DNA of 64,000 bases, from positions 1 through 64,000 of the IMG/VR virus record IMGVR_UViG_3300027969_000039, one strand, 5' to 3'. Position numbers and translations under genes: made by a program. Below are positions 9,316-20,356 of the stretch, in pieces. Below the pieces are notes generated by a model, which worked only from the letters and a program-made list of their open reading frames with translations, did no database searches and was not told the origin of the DNA. Each line of letters opens with the position of its first letter. The stretch's first letter is position 1.

Positions 9316-11949
9316 TTAAAGTCTGCCAATCGCTACTTCAATAACGCCTTCGCCTTCAAAGTTTTCTAGTGATTTACCAATTACTGTACCCATTAATGGA
9401 ATTGTCGATGGACGAGCAAAGCCGCCGCCAGCACTCACTAGCATATCACCTTTACGAATAGGCCCACGAACTTTACACGGAACTCGACCTTGAAGTGCAA
9501 GTGCTACAATGTGTTCGCCTTTGCAAGTTGAATTCATTACATAAGCAGGGTTAGTAGATACTACACCTGCTACTCTTGGTGTCAGTGCTTCTGCTAATGT
9601 AACTTCTTTCTTGCCGCCAAACTCTAGTACAGTGCCTACTTCATAATCAGTGTCTGCTTCATAATATTCTGCCAAGTCAGCATATGTTGCTATTAATCTA
9701 CTACCTGCACTTAAAGCAAAATTACCAGTTAAAGTTCCAACGTTAGTATTTGAGCCCATTGATATGGTTGAATTATTAGCAAATGTTAATCCAGTCAATG
9801 TACCAACACTAGTAATATTTGGTTGAGCAGCAGTTGTTACTGTACCAGCCGTTGTTGCTGCACCACTTAGTGCGCCCACAAATGTAGTTGCTATGAATGC
9901 ACCATTTGCTATGTTAGCAGAGAAAGATGTATTTGAGCCTTGTGCATAGTTTGCTGCTGCTGTACCAGACACAAATGCAGGATAATATGTGCCAGTTGTA
10001 AGTACTGACATTGAAGTGAAATCAGTTACATTGGCATATGCTACGTTTAAATTATTAACACGAGTGGTGCTTGCTATTGTTAATGGTGCAGTACCTGTTA
10101 CTACATTTGATTCTAATATACTAGCAATAACTCTAGTAGTACCTAAATTACCAACGTTAGCATTACCTGCACCTGTATTAAAAGTACCTGCAACATTAAC
10201 ACCCGTTCCAGTGATAGTTACTATTGCATTACTAGTAGCGGTTAATGTGATATTTCCATTTGATGTGATAGCAATATTACTATTACCATTTTGTCTCAAT
10301 CCACTATTAATAGTACCGATGTTACCAGTTGTCATATTACCAGTAGTTAGATTTGCAGTAGTGGCACCAATGTTACCCACATTAGCATTACCTGTTCCTG
10401 TACTAAAAGTACCGGCTACGTTTACACCTGTACTAGTAACAACTAATACATTAGCCACACCATTTGATGATATGTTAACATTGCCTGCTGCTGCTGGAAT
10501 ACTTATACTACTATTGCCATTGGCATGTATACCAATAATATTACCAGTAGTAATATTACTGGTAACAGTTAAATTACCCAATGTGCCAAGGCTAGTTACA
10601 TTTGGTTGTGCTGCTGTTGTTAATGTACCGGTAAGTAATGTGGCACTTAATGCGCCGGTGGCTGCATTAAATGATAAGTTTGCATTACTTGCATGTGCAT
10701 AATTGGCAGTAGAATTTGCATTAACAAATACTGGATAGAATGTTCCTGTTGTTTGTGTTGTTACAACCCCAAAATCTGCTACGTTTGCACGTGCCACATA
10801 TAAATTAGGTACAAGTGTAGTACTTGTCACTGTTATTGGTGCAGTACCGGTTGCAACATTAGATATTAATCTAGGTGATGTTACCAATGCTGTTGCATTG
10901 ATATTTGCTGTATTGACGTTACCTGAAGTAACGGTCAATGTAGTTGTAGTTTTATCAAATGTAAATCCAACAACACCGTTTGAAACATTCTGATCATTGA
11001 ACTGTACTGTAGTATTAGAACCTCCTACTCCACTTCCACCACTAGTTCCCGAATTTAATACTGAAGTTGCTATAGCATTTGGAGCATTTGTATATGTTAA
11101 ACTTGTTCCATTAGCACCAACTGTTCTACCTACGTCAGTATATAATCTAACATTACCTGTTGTTGGGTAATTACTAGCCAATGTCATATAAAAAGATAAA
11201 CCATTAACATTGGCATTAGCAACACCTGTTACTCCTGTTATAGTAACAGAAGTTCCATTGATGTATGGTATTGTATTTGCCACTTGCATTATCAGCGGAC
11301 CGTATAAGGTTCTAGATGCAATTGTTTGAGAATTATTAACAGTGTAAGTACCTGTTCCGCCCGTGCCAGTTCCAAACTCAGTAATATAAGTGCCGGCTGT
11401 TACACTAGTACCGGTTATATAAGTACCAATGCCAACACTACCAGAAGTAACTGCTGTAATAGTAAGCGTAGTAGTTGCTATGCTTCCCGTAAATGTTGTG
11501 GGGAATAAGTTAGCAATATTGCTATATAGTGAACCTTTTGGTGTCCAACTTAAGTTACCGATACCATCTGTTTCTAATACGTAGCCAGCTGCGCCACCGT
11601 CAATTTGAATATTGCTAGCATTAGTTAGTTTTAGTTTTGCATTACTTAATTGGGTAGATCCAGTAAAGTTTTCCCATGTATCAGTGCTTGATACATACGT
11701 CAATATTTGACCGTTAGTTGGAGTAGTGATGTTTAAATTCCCGCCGTAACTCCCGTCAATTTGACTAAAACTAATATCAGAATAAGTAGTTAAAACTTCT
11801 ATGTTTTCATCGGTGTAGGTATTACCTGTTCTACCAATAAAAAGACGATTAGTGTCGGTTGCCCAACCAAATTCAGCATTATCTAATTGAGGTAAGTCAA
11901 CTAGATTACCTGCTCGTTGTTGGATCTTAGAGATTTGTACTATGGCCAT
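9316..11949 (-). CDS. tail fibre/spike: Mtd_N-like N-terminus, beta-repeat shaft, C-terminal intramolecular chaperone (peptidase G2-like)
   Basis: [14 protein letters not shown]...[21 protein letters not shown]; C-term [10 protein letters not shown]...GTVL.FGG...[14 protein letters not shown]...[10 protein letters not shown]. Confidence 0.78.
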   Translation of the reverse strand: MAIVQISKIQQRAGNLVDLPQLDNAEFGWATDTNRLFIGRTGNTYTDENIEVLTTYSDISFSQIDGSYGGNLNITTPTNGQILTYVSSTDTWENFTGSTQLSNAKLKLTNASNIQIDGGAAGYVLETDGIGNLSWTPKGSLYSNIANLFPTTFTGSIATTTLTITAVTSGSVGIGTYITGTSVTAGTYITEFGTGTGGTGTYTVNNSQTIASRTLYGPLIMQVANTIPYINGTSVTITGVTGVANANVNGLSFYMTLASNYPTTGNVRLYTDVGRTVGANGTSLTYTNAPNAIATSVLNSGTSGGSGVGGSNTTVQFNDQNVSNGVVGFTFDKTTTTLTVTSGNVNTANINATALVTSPRLISNVATGTAPITVTSTTLVPNLYVARANVADFGVVTTQTTGTFYPVFVNANSTANYAHASNANLSFNAATGALSATLLTGTLTTAAQPNVTSLGTLGNLTVTSNITTGNIIGIHANGNSSISIPAAAGNVNISSNGVANVLVVTSTGVNVAGTFSTGTGNANVGNIGATTANLTTGNMTTGNIGTINSGLRQNGNSNIAITSNGNITLTATSNAIVTITGTGVNVAGTFNTGAGNANVGNLGTTRVIASILESNVVTGTAPLTIASTTRVNNLNVAYANVTDFTSMSVLTTGTYYPAFVSGTAAANYAQGSNTSFSANIANGAFIATTFVGALSGAATTAGTVTTAAQPNITSVGTLTGLTFANNSTISMGSNTNVGTLTGNFALSAGSRLIATYADLAEYYEADTDYEVGTVLEFGGKKEVTLAEALTPRVAGVVSTNPAYVMNSTCKGEHIVALALQGRVPCKVRGPIRKGDMLVSAGGGFARPSTIPLMGTVIGKSLENFEGEGVIEVAIGRL

Positions 11950-12000
11950 AAGTGTAATTCTTCACGTTTACACTTATTTATCATAATATTGACTTAATCG

Positions 12001-12690
12001 CTATAGGAATTTCATATAGTATTGCTCTACACGCTTAAACCACATGTCAGAATACTTGTCAAAATCACTACCCTCAATAATAAATTCTTGGTAAATGTTG
12101 TCTTGTGTACACATAAAAATTACACCCTTGCGTATTTTTGTCCCGTGTACTTCATTGTGAGCATTAGCATATGCAGCTAATTGAACAAAATAATCATCAA
12201 TCCATTCACGCTTTTTTAATTTGTTAGATTGTTTGTGGTCCATAATAGCATCACTTCCATCATGTACTCCACACAAGTCAGTTGTGCCGGCATAAATCTT
12301 AGGGAAATACAGGGGAACTTCTGTTCCCCAGTATTCATTGCATTTTACTAATCCCTGCTCAATGATACTCTTTGCCATTTTGTGACTTTGAATACTGTAG
12401 GGATTACTTCCTGGTTCATTAACTATACCAGTCTTAATATAATCTTCAATAAACTTATGCATTCGTGTTCCACGACCTGCTGCTTCAGTTGTAATTGCTT
12501 GTGCTTTTTGAGGGCCCATTCGTTTACGCCACTCATTTAATGCTTTTTTAGATTCTTCTGATTTAGTAGCATCTAGTATTGTTGTAACACTAGGTAGCTT
12601 TTCACCATCCGGCGTAGCATATCTACGTTTACCTTCAATTTCTACCCTACTCATGGGCACATAGTTATATTTGTTTGGATTATACATCAA
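12001..12690 (-). CDS. PD-(D/E)XK exonuclease (Cas4-like, T4-like phage type)
   Basis: LPSVTTIL, RGTRMH, EVPLY..YAGTTD, DHKQS, QLAAY motifs. Confidence 0.85.
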   Translation of the reverse strand: MMYNPNKYNYVPMSRVEIEGKRRYATPDGEKLPSVTTILDATKSEESKKALNEWRKRMGPQKAQAITTEAAGRGTRMHKFIEDYIKTGIVNEPGSNPYSIQSHKMAKSIIEQGLVKCNEYWGTEVPLYFPKIYAGTTDLCGVHDGSDAIMDHKQSNKLKKREWIDDYFVQLAAYANAHNEVHGTKIRKGVIFMCTQDNIYQEFIIEGSDFDKYSDMWFKRVEQYYMKFL

Positions 12691-12732
12691 TATAATTATA
12701 TCAGATAGTATTCTGAAAGTAAATTGATTTGG

Positions 12733-13053
12733 TTAGACTCTAAAACTTTCACCACATCCGCATTTATCACGTTCATTTGGGTTAATAAATTCAAACCCTT
12801 CATTAAGTCCATTGCGGACATAATCTATTGTCATGCCCTGTAGATAAGCACAACTTTTTGGATCAACATATAAAGCGCATCCATCACACTCTATCTTTAT
12901 ATCTTCTATCATTGGTTGATCAACGTATTCAAGTACATAGGCTAAACCAGAACAACCTGTCGTTTTGACACCTATTCTGATTCCTAATCCCTTGCCTCTT
13001 TTTGCAAGAGTTTGTTTTACTTTGTTTGTTGCTTTATCTGTAACAGTTATCAT
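12733..13053 (-). CDS. iscA: iron-sulfur cluster assembly A-type carrier IscA
   Basis: GIRIGVKTTGCSGLAY ... F.F.NPN..DKCGCGESF with all three conserved Cys. Confidence 0.93.
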   Translation of the reverse strand: MITVTDKATNKVKQTLAKRGKGLGIRIGVKTTGCSGLAYVLEYVDQPMIEDIKIECDGCALYVDPKSCAYLQGMTIDYVRNGLNEGFEFINPNERDKCGCGESFRV

Positions 13054-13382
13054 TGTGTTGGCATAGCACTTTGTGCCATTTGTTGTACAACTTGTTGATT
13101 TTGTGTTTGATCTGGGGAAGGTTGAGTTTCATCATGCCCCTTAAAGATAACTTTATCACCTTGGATATTAGATATAATTGTATTCAACGGCGGATTTTTT
13201 ATCATATCATACAAGTCGGTTATATCTAAAACGATACCACCTTTCTCTTGTAGATAAGTTAAAAACTCGTCCGTTGTGTAACTACTAGGATCTATTATAC
13301 CGTTGTCTAAATCAGTTTTAAGTTGATTAACAAGAACGATAAGTTTAGCACTCGCCGGATCAGCAAGTTCAAAGAGAAACAT
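13050..13382 (-). CDS. hypothetical protein
   Basis: ORF in late operon; start refined to MFLFEL. Confidence 0.55.
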   Translation of the reverse strand: MFLFELADPASAKLIVLVNQLKTDLDNGIIDPSSYTTDEFLTYLQEKGGIVLDITDLYDMIKNPPLNTIISNIQGDKVIFKGHDETQPSPDQTQNQQVVQQMAQSAMPTQ

Positions 13383-13383
13383 A

Positions 13384-14100
13384 TTATCTCTTTGCTCTAC
13401 CAACACCGCCTGATGGTGGCATTTCTGGTTCTTCTACTGGGCCCATATCTATGTCAGCATCAGCAGCCATATCAGCGCCCATATCTTCACCGGCATCTAA
13501 TCCAGCATCCATACCAGCTTCGGCACCCATATCAGCACCTGCATCAAATGCAGCATCGACTGCTTGACCAGTAACACCATTCAATGCATTCTTCAACGCA
13601 GCGGTAGATTCTTTTAATGCAGCAGATAATGTATCTAACTGAGCAGAAACCGCATCATTGTATGCTTGACTTTCGTTAACACCAATTTCGCTTTCAATGC
13701 TTGATACTAATGCAGGTAATTCTTTAACTTGCATTTGACCTACATCTTCAAGCATCTTCTGTACTTGATCAACCATATCTTGTGCTGCTAGTACAACTTG
13801 TGACTTTTCAACTTCTTCGTTCTCAACCATGATTCTTGCTCTAGGTTGTAAACGTAATTCGTTAAAATGTTCAGCAAGTGCCTGCTCCATAAAAACCAAC
13901 TTCATATAAGAAGGAGATGTTTGACTATTGTGATAGTCAGGAGATTGTCTTGATTCATTCATCAACCCACGAACTTTTGTAAGCATTGTTCTTGTAGCAG
14001 ACATAGACATGTTTCCTACATTGAATGAGGTTTCATATTGTTCATTTAATACTCTAGCAGAGTAATTGCGGCGATTGTTGTTTAGTTCGGTTAGTTTCAT
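13384..14100 (-). CDS. acidic coiled-coil protein, possible prohead core/scaffold or internal head protein
   Basis: MKLTEL N-term, xxE motifs, acidic A/D/G/M-rich tail; late promoter at about 14129-14134. Confidence 0.5.
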   Translation of the reverse strand: MKLTELNNNRRNYSARVLNEQYETSFNVGNMSMSATRTMLTKVRGLMNESRQSPDYHNSQTSPSYMKLVFMEQALAEHFNELRLQPRARIMVENEEVEKSQVVLAAQDMVDQVQKMLEDVGQMQVKELPALVSSIESEIGVNESQAYNDAVSAQLDTLSAALKESTAALKNALNGVTGQAVDAAFDAGADMGAEAGMDAGLDAGEDMGADMAADADIDMGPVEEPEMPPSGGVGRAKR

Positions 14101-14148
14101 ATTTGTATTCCAGAGAAATATATAATATATTTATCTTTTCTTTCTTTA

Positions 14149-14622
14149 TTATGCGGATTTGTTAAATCGTTTTTCTTGCCAAATTCTAGAACTAGACACA
14201 TATCCAGCCAATTCTTCGGTTATCTGTTTACGTTCCATCTTTTCTTCACCCAATTTAGCAAGATAAATCAATTTTTCTTCCAAATTTTTAGCCTTTTTAA
14301 CTAACTTTTGGTGTACTTGAATTTCACTATCTACGCTAGCTAATCTAGTATCCAAATCAATGATTCGGTTAGATTCGTAAATGCTGTTTTGTTTGTCAAA
14401 GGTACACCATGATACTGCATTTTTTAATACGTTGAATGTTTTGATCCCTGCAATATTGTCTTTTTCTACTGTATAGCAATCATTATTCTTTTTAATTGAA
14501 TATTTATTGAACAGAAAATAAGAACCATCTGGTCCTTGAATTATAGTTAATTCACTTAATTTTTCCATATCCGAATTGGATATTGTTTTTGTAAATTTAT
14601 TTAGTAATTTATCACTAATCAT
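14149..14622 (-). CDS. hypothetical protein
   Basis: 157-aa ORF. Confidence 0.55.
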   Translation of the reverse strand: MISDKLLNKFTKTISNSDMEKLSELTIIQGPDGSYFLFNKYSIKKNNDCYTVEKDNIAGIKTFNVLKNAVSWCTFDKQNSIYESNRIIDLDTRLASVDSEIQVHQKLVKKAKNLEEKLIYLAKLGEEKMERKQITEELAGYVSSSRIWQEKRFNKSA

Positions 14623-15064
14623 TTGTTAATACTTTAAAATATATGTTTCTTAATTCATCACTTGAATCTAAGAATGATGGAAGTTTATCCCATTCTGTCC
14701 CGCATTTAATCATTGGAACACGGTCACAATCACTATATAATGCCCCCAATTCACTTACCCCATCATAGAACACACTTGGATGTTGTACCTCAAAATCAAA
14801 GGACCAACACGGATGTGCTTCATCTTCTTCTTGTTCAAATAAGAAACCAAAATCTGTAAATTTATCAAATTGTATCAGTGTTTTTATTGGAGTACGCACA
14901 TTTTCAGGTTGACTACGCAATGAAATTGCTTGTTGCACCGTGTCAAAATTACTTTGAGTATTGCGTTTATGGCGCAATTCTTGATTCATATCTGGACGGT
15001 GACGGTTGAGTACATTAGTCTGTGTGATATCAAATAAGGTATAACAAGTGATTGTGTAACTCAT
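14615..15064 (-). CDS. hypothetical protein
   Basis: 149-aa ORF directly after TAAATA late box. Confidence 0.55.
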   Translation of the reverse strand: MSYTITCYTLFDITQTNVLNRHRPDMNQELRHKRNTQSNFDTVQQAISLRSQPENVRTPIKTLIQFDKFTDFGFLFEQEEDEAHPCWSFDFEVQHPSVFYDGVSELGALYSDCDRVPMIKCGTEWDKLPSFLDSSDELRNIYFKVLTND

Positions 15065-15082
15065 ATAGTATTTAACAGAGGT

Positions 15083-15113
15083 AAAAAAACCCTAGAAATT
15101 CTAGGGTCTTTTT
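15083..15113 (-). terminator. intrinsic terminator
   Basis: ACCCTAGA-AT-TCTAGGGT inverted repeat with A/T tracts. Confidence 0.75.
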
Positions 15114-15126
15114 AGACAGATATTGA

Positions 15127-15516
15127 TTAACCTGTGAATGTAGCTGAAGCTGAAACAACTACTGAATTTGCAGCACCGCCAGCTGTTAAGCCTGCACGAA
15201 TAGCTGTTTGCAATGTTGCTGTAGTCCATGCAGCGACTGGATAAACAGCCATTGCCAATGTATCAGGACCTGCAGTTGTGAACTCATAGATGTAAACTGT
15301 AGCTAATTGCTGTGTAGCTTGAATAGCTAAAGAAACTTGAGTACCTGTCAATGCGCTTGAACCAGATGCTGTGACTGTGAAGAAGTCTAGCTTAGGACCT
15401 TGAGGTTGAACTGTTGCCGCAGAACTAACTGCGTTTGCACCACTGTTTGTGTATGCTGGTGAGTCAAAGTTGATTACCGGTAGAAAGTCACCGTTAACTT
15501 TTGTAAATTGTGCCAT
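15127..15516 (-). CDS. small virion structural protein (possible capsid decoration)
   Basis: A/T-rich 129 aa with its own late promoter, strong RBS and terminator. Confidence 0.5.
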   Translation of the reverse strand: MAQFTKVNGDFLPVINFDSPAYTNSGANAVSSAATVQPQGPKLDFFTVTASGSSALTGTQVSLAIQATQQLATVYIYEFTTAGPDTLAMAVYPVAAWTTATLQTAIRAGLTAGGAANSVVVSASATFTG

Positions 15517-15597
15517 TTTGAAATTCCTTTTAATATTTTGAAGCCTACTGCCTCATACATATATTTATGCCAGAACCAAAAAAAACACGGATTTGGA

Positions 15598-16797
15598 TTA
15601 GCGGCCGGCTAGATTTTGACGGCTAAATCCCATTCTATCAACAAATTTTAAGCCATTTGATACGAAACCTTCGTGTGTTTCTGTGCCGTCATCTAAATAA
15701 CCTTTGACCGGGGACTCTCTTGCTGCTTTATTAAGCTGTTCTACAATAGACATTTTCAACTTATACATCTCTACCCAGATGGTAAATGCACCTTTAATAG
15801 CTTCTGTATTTTGTTGAAGATAGCCCGGCACAAGAACTTCTTTCTTTGTAGCAGGATCTAATGTCGTGTAGCCTAATAATTTCTTCTTCATGGGTTCAGT
15901 CATTGGTCTAGCTTTGACAAAATCCATAAACCCTTGTGCTAAATCATTCAAATTACCTTCAACAATTCGTTTGTTAATGAATACAGTAAACAATTGATTA
16001 AATGTATTTCGTGCTTGGGGCGCATTATCCATAAATTGATCTACTACTGCCCCGTATTTACTGATGGCATTTTTAACATCTTTAGCCATAGATGTATCTA
16101 ATTTAATCTTAGGAGTTATAGGCATGGCACTAGGGACAATTGCAACATTGCTATTGTTTTTAAGTTGTCCAATCGATCCATTCAATGGAGTAGCATCATC
16201 AGTTGTCATAGCATTGGGATCAAGATATTGATGAACAGCAATTCCAGCTTGTTTACCTGTCATTAATCTACCCAAATCACTATCAACAACAACTTTATAA
16301 GCAATGCCTTTAGGATTTGCTTTGAAAGTGTACATACCATTTTGTTCTTGTAGTGTTTGACTGAACAATAAATCACCCCAATAATAACCTTTGCCACCAC
16401 TGGAAGCTGATTTTAATCCTGGCCATATCTCTGCCATTAAACTGTGTAATCCAGAACGGTCAACTCCCCTAGCTTGGTCATACTGCACAAACTGCTCAGG
16501 ACTGAACACTTGACGACCACTTCCATCTTTCTTATTGAACATATGCTTGTCCATTATAGAAAACTGTCCACGACTGTTGCGTCCAAATATTAATGCAGGA
16601 TATCCGTCCCACTTAATAGTAACAGTTTTAGGATTTTTCACAGTAGCAATTGCCGCTTGCAATGCACGATTTGCGCCTTCGCTACCTCCTAAAAAGATTA
16701 AATCTTCCGGATGGTCTAGATGTCCTTTGTCCTCAGTAATAGCAGATATTTTGTTTACTTTATCTCTTAATACTGCTAGTGATTCAGCCAGGTTCAC
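15598..16797 (-). CDS. DUF6267-like protein, ligase/capping-type nucleotidyltransferase motifs
   Basis: HLDHPED, TIKWDG (motif I KxDG), HEGFV (IV), KFVDR (V). Confidence 0.6.
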   Translation of the reverse strand: MNLAESLAVLRDKVNKISAITEDKGHLDHPEDLIFLGGSEGANRALQAAIATVKNPKTVTIKWDGYPALIFGRNSRGQFSIMDKHMFNKKDGSGRQVFSPEQFVQYDQARGVDRSGLHSLMAEIWPGLKSASSGGKGYYWGDLLFSQTLQEQNGMYTFKANPKGIAYKVVVDSDLGRLMTGKQAGIAVHQYLDPNAMTTDDATPLNGSIGQLKNNSNVAIVPSAMPITPKIKLDTSMAKDVKNAISKYGAVVDQFMDNAPQARNTFNQLFTVFINKRIVEGNLNDLAQGFMDFVKARPMTEPMKKKLLGYTTLDPATKKEVLVPGYLQQNTEAIKGAFTIWVEMYKLKMSIVEQLNKAARESPVKGYLDDGTETHEGFVSNGLKFVDRMGFSRQNLAGR

Positions 16798-17033
16798 GGC
16801 TTTTTCCTTAAAGTTTTAGCAAATCTCTGCTGGTCTTTGCTCTTTATGGAACTTAATAACTTACGCTCTAGTATTTGCGCTTGTTCTTCTGGGTAGTGTT
16901 TATTGATCATCTCAATTAAATTAATAGCACTGGTGATAATATTATGCGCTCTACTCTCAATGATGTGGGTAGTGTCACGGTTAGTACCAAGTGCTTCTAA
17001 TTCCTGCAAGAGGGAGCGGGTTTGTTTTTGCAT
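16794..17033 (-). CDS. hypothetical protein
   Basis: 79-aa ORF with RBS and late box. Confidence 0.55.
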   Translation of the reverse strand: MQKQTRSLLQELEALGTNRDTTHIIESRAHNIITSAINLIEMINKHYPEEQAQILERKLLSSIKSKDQQRFAKTLRKKP

Positions 17034-17071
17034 ATAATTATCCTACTTGTATTTATGCGATTCCAGAATAA

Positions 17072-18514
17072 TTATTTCTTTAATGAGTTTAACAAGGACT
17101 TTAATTTAGACCCTTGTGCATCTGCGTGTACTGTCCTAGTTAACGGTTCTAATGTAATTTCACCTGTAGTTTGATCAACCGTATAATCTGTAACTGTAGC
17201 TTGTGGTTTTAGTGTACTTATAATATCATTTGCACTAGGCTTTGGAGTATAACTCTGTTCTCCGTCAATTCCCGGGTCGCTAATACGCATAGTTTCAACA
17301 TCATATTCTAAATCAATCTTCATACCAACACCAGTTGAACTACGACTTTTCATACATTGAATCTGATATTTACCGCGCTCACGCATACTGCGGCTTGTGA
17401 AAATACCAAACACATTATCTGCTGTGTTAATCTTACTGATACCACCTGCAATGTGACTATGATCAAACTCAATTTCATCAACCGCTGTACGATTCAATTG
17501 ACTTGCTGTAACTAATAATACACCAAGTTCCTTCGCTAGATTACGCAATTCTTCTGCTACATACTTGTCTTTAATAAACTGGTCAGTTGGATTGACTTTG
17601 ATACTGACTGGCATAACTAAATCTAAGTAATCAACCATAACAAAGTCAATCTTAATCCCAGTCTGAATCTGTACCTCTTTCAAATAAGCACGGATATCAT
17701 TGACATTACTCTGAGCAGGTAAATTCTTAACACGATACTTACCAGACTTCTTGCCTGCCATTTTAACTCTAAGTTCTGTTGTATCAATGTCTTTACGAAT
17801 TGCTTTTGTACCCATCATGGTTAACATTGCATCAGTACGCAAACTTGTTAATTCTTCGCTCAATTCTAATGTAATGTAAACACCACTCATGCCCATCTGT
17901 AACCAGCTTAATGCAATGTTCATCATCACCAATGATTTACCTGAACCTGAACCACCTGCAAAGATATTCAACTCACCTCTACTCATGCCACCATAGAGAA
18001 TCTTATCCATCTGTGGCCAGCCTGTACTTACTTGTCCACCGCTGTTAAAGTATTTGTTGATGCGACCTTTAGGATCAGCAAAGTAATCTGTACCCATGTC
18101 TTTCTGTAAACTAATCTGTACCGCATCTTTGATTAGTTTTTCAACTGGTTCAAACTCACCCTTCTCCAACAAGTCTGCTGCTTTAAGAATTGCTCGTTCT
18201 AATTCTTGTCGTTTAGTAAATGATTCAAATTCATCAAAGAACCATTCATAATGTCCATCGTTCAATTCTGGAATAGGATCAATGTCTATTCCAGTTGTTG
18301 CTTTGATTTGTGTTGCATCTGGCAATACTCTATATTTGTCTGTGTGTGACTTGAACAACTCAGCCACTGGTCTAATAGAACGGTCAAAGTTTTCGCTATT
18401 CATTATGTTCATTACACGGGTATACAACTCCGCGTTTGTAACCATCATCCTCAGAAAGAGTTTCTGAACATCTGTTGTATATTCTAATTGTTTTTTAGTT
18501 TCCTGCTTTGCCAA
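17072..18514 (-). CDS. gp41: replicative DnaB-like helicase (T4 gp41-like)
   Basis: GGSGSGKS Walker A, ITLELSE, VMVDYLD, TASQLNR motifs. Confidence 0.93.
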   Translation of the reverse strand: MAKQETKKQLEYTTDVQKLFLRMMVTNAELYTRVMNIMNSENFDRSIRPVAELFKSHTDKYRVLPDATQIKATTGIDIDPIPELNDGHYEWFFDEFESFTKRQELERAILKAADLLEKGEFEPVEKLIKDAVQISLQKDMGTDYFADPKGRINKYFNSGGQVSTGWPQMDKILYGGMSRGELNIFAGGSGSGKSLVMMNIALSWLQMGMSGVYITLELSEELTSLRTDAMLTMMGTKAIRKDIDTTELRVKMAGKKSGKYRVKNLPAQSNVNDIRAYLKEVQIQTGIKIDFVMVDYLDLVMPVSIKVNPTDQFIKDKYVAEELRNLAKELGVLLVTASQLNRTAVDEIEFDHSHIAGGISKINTADNVFGIFTSRSMRERGKYQIQCMKSRSSTGVGMKIDLEYDVETMRISDPGIDGEQSYTPKPSANDIISTLKPQATVTDYTVDQTTGEITLEPLTRTVHADAQGSKLKSLLNSLKK

Positions 18515-19469
18515 TTTTCTTCCTCTGCATTTCTATTTTGATTTTACTATTTGTTGCACACTGTAGTATACTTAATAGGGTAGGTAGCTTACCATATTTA
18601 ACTACTGCATCATTTACATCTTTTACATCAACATCCCAATTAGGTAAGCTGACGCTATAACCTAATTCCAATGCTTTATCACATAGTGCTAGTCCTGTCT
18701 TATCTCTATCTGGAACTAGTATCATTTGCTTGTTCAATGTACTAAGTAGCAATGCTTGGTCGCTACTAATGTCATTGTGCATCAATGCCACCCCATCAAT
18801 ACTTAGTGCATCAAATATACCCTCTGTAACAATACACACTTGCCATTCAGGCTTTTGCATATCAATATTAAACACATACCCGGGTTGTTGTTCGTTGATG
18901 TACTTAGGGATTTTGTTATCTAAGAACCTGCTCGTATGTCCTACAATCTTGTTCTTATATGTGTAGGGTATTATAACCCTATTACCCATCCTACCCGGTT
19001 CATTTGGAGTTATCAAGAAAGGATATTCATTACTATCTATCTTCCTACTTTGCAGATATTCTACATACACTTTGTGCAATGGATTATCACTATCTACAAT
19101 CTCGCCTTCGGGTAGTTTGTGGTCATTGAATTTGATTTTTATCTTTTGTTTCTTTGGCTGAGTAAAGTCTATCAAGTCTTTTTGTTGTAAACTTTCTAAA
19201 CTCCAGCGTTTAACTTGATGGTCATCAATGCCAGACCATACTAATAGATTGCGAGTTTTTGTACTGATTGACCGACCCAATACAAAGTTACACTTGAACC
19301 CACAATTGAAACAATGCATAGACCAGTTAGTGCCATCAAACTTGATACCACCCCGCATCCGTTTGTCCTGTCTGTGACCAAAGTGGGTACAGCAGATAGC
19401 GTTAAAGCTAGTCCAACCTGAACTTGTTTGTTTCTTTTTACCGGGTAATATAGACAGGATATCAAACAT
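18495..19469 (-). CDS. gp61: DNA primase (T4 gp61-like)
   Basis: Zn finger CC.H...HCFNC; TOPRIM VTEGIFDA, PDRD..G, KDVND. Confidence 0.9.
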   Translation of the reverse strand: MFDILSILPGKKKQTSSGWTSFNAICCTHFGHRQDKRMRGGIKFDGTNWSMHCFNCGFKCNFVLGRSISTKTRNLLVWSGIDDHQVKRWSLESLQQKDLIDFTQPKKQKIKIKFNDHKLPEGEIVDSDNPLHKVYVEYLQSRKIDSNEYPFLITPNEPGRMGNRVIIPYTYKNKIVGHTSRFLDNKIPKYINEQQPGYVFNIDMQKPEWQVCIVTEGIFDALSIDGVALMHNDISSDQALLLSTLNKQMILVPDRDKTGLALCDKALELGYSVSLPNWDVDVKDVNDAVVKYGKLPTLLSILQCATNSKIKIEMQRKKIGKAGN

Positions 19470-19505
19470 CTATTGATTGTAACACAATCATAATGTTAAA
19501 GCAAA

Positions 19506-20270
19506 TTATCTGGTCAATATATTTGTTACTGCGCCCGCATTGCTAGTGAATTGCATGCGGATATAAGGATGAAATCCTTGTATAACATAACCCACTGTTT
19601 GAGTAACATTGGATACTTCTTCTGTAGTAACAATGTCATACCAATCATTGTCTACGATACTGCTACCTTGAATTGTGGTGTTTCCATAGAATTCAATGTA
19701 TTCAGTTTGGATAGTTAGTATTGGATTGTTATTTGTACTTAACACACTGGTAGTGTATGTCAAGCTGCTTCCGTTAGAGCCGTGACTGTTAGGGAATGCT
19801 TGACCAGTTGGAATAGTGATACTATATGATGGAACAAAGTTAGGTAATACACTATTAACTATGTTCATCACCCCACGAGCACCTGCATTTTGATCTACAA
19901 ATACAGGGAAATCAAATTCATTGACTGGAATTTCTAATGTGTAATAACATTTTTGAGCCTCAATATTCTCTAAGTCCGCTGCGTTTAAAAACAATGCACA
20001 TATGCCAGTGGCAGCAAACTGTAAGGTCAATGCTTTTTGTACCAAAATTTCATTACCGGTATAATTTAATATACGGCAAGTAATGCTTTTTCCAGTAATA
20101 TCTATGGGTTTTTGTTCCTGATTAATGAACTGAAACTGGATTTGATTATCAACTCCCTTGTGTAAAGTTAATGGTTTTGCGTAGACTGGCATATATCTCC
20201 TCGGTGAATAGCCTGACAATAACACAACAATGTTGCGCTGGACGTAATAAAATACTGATGTTGAATACAC
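19506..20270 (-). CDS. putative structural protein (BppU/Ig-like N-terminus)
   Basis: LHKGVDNQIQFQFINQEQKPIDITG pattern; GTG start with AGGAG RBS; late box. Confidence 0.45.
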   Translation of the reverse strand: MYSTSVFYYVQRNIVVLLSGYSPRRYMPVYAKPLTLHKGVDNQIQFQFINQEQKPIDITGKSITCRILNYTGNEILVQKALTLQFAATGICALFLNAADLENIEAQKCYYTLEIPVNEFDFPVFVDQNAGARGVMNIVNSVLPNFVPSYSITIPTGQAFPNSHGSNGSSLTYTTSVLSTNNNPILTIQTEYIEFYGNTTIQGSSIVDNDWYDIVTTEEVSNVTQTVGYVIQGFHPYIRMQFTSNAGAVTNILTR

Positions 20271-20356
20271 AAATGTAGGCTCCTATCAACTATTTAGTAT
20301 AATATATTAATTTAATTAACTTTGGTTACCCGATAAATAAACTGTTCACTATAATA

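Noticed and set aside
9316-11949. Diversity-generating retroelement target (Mtd-like N-terminus)
   Set aside because: Only the N-terminal anchor resembles Mtd. The C-terminus is a chaperone domain, and I saw no reverse transcriptase or TR/VR pair in the window.
12001-12690. Cas4 of a CRISPR-Cas system
   Set aside because: Lacks the four Fe-S Cys, and there is no cas1/cas2 or array; it is the common T4-like phage exonuclease.
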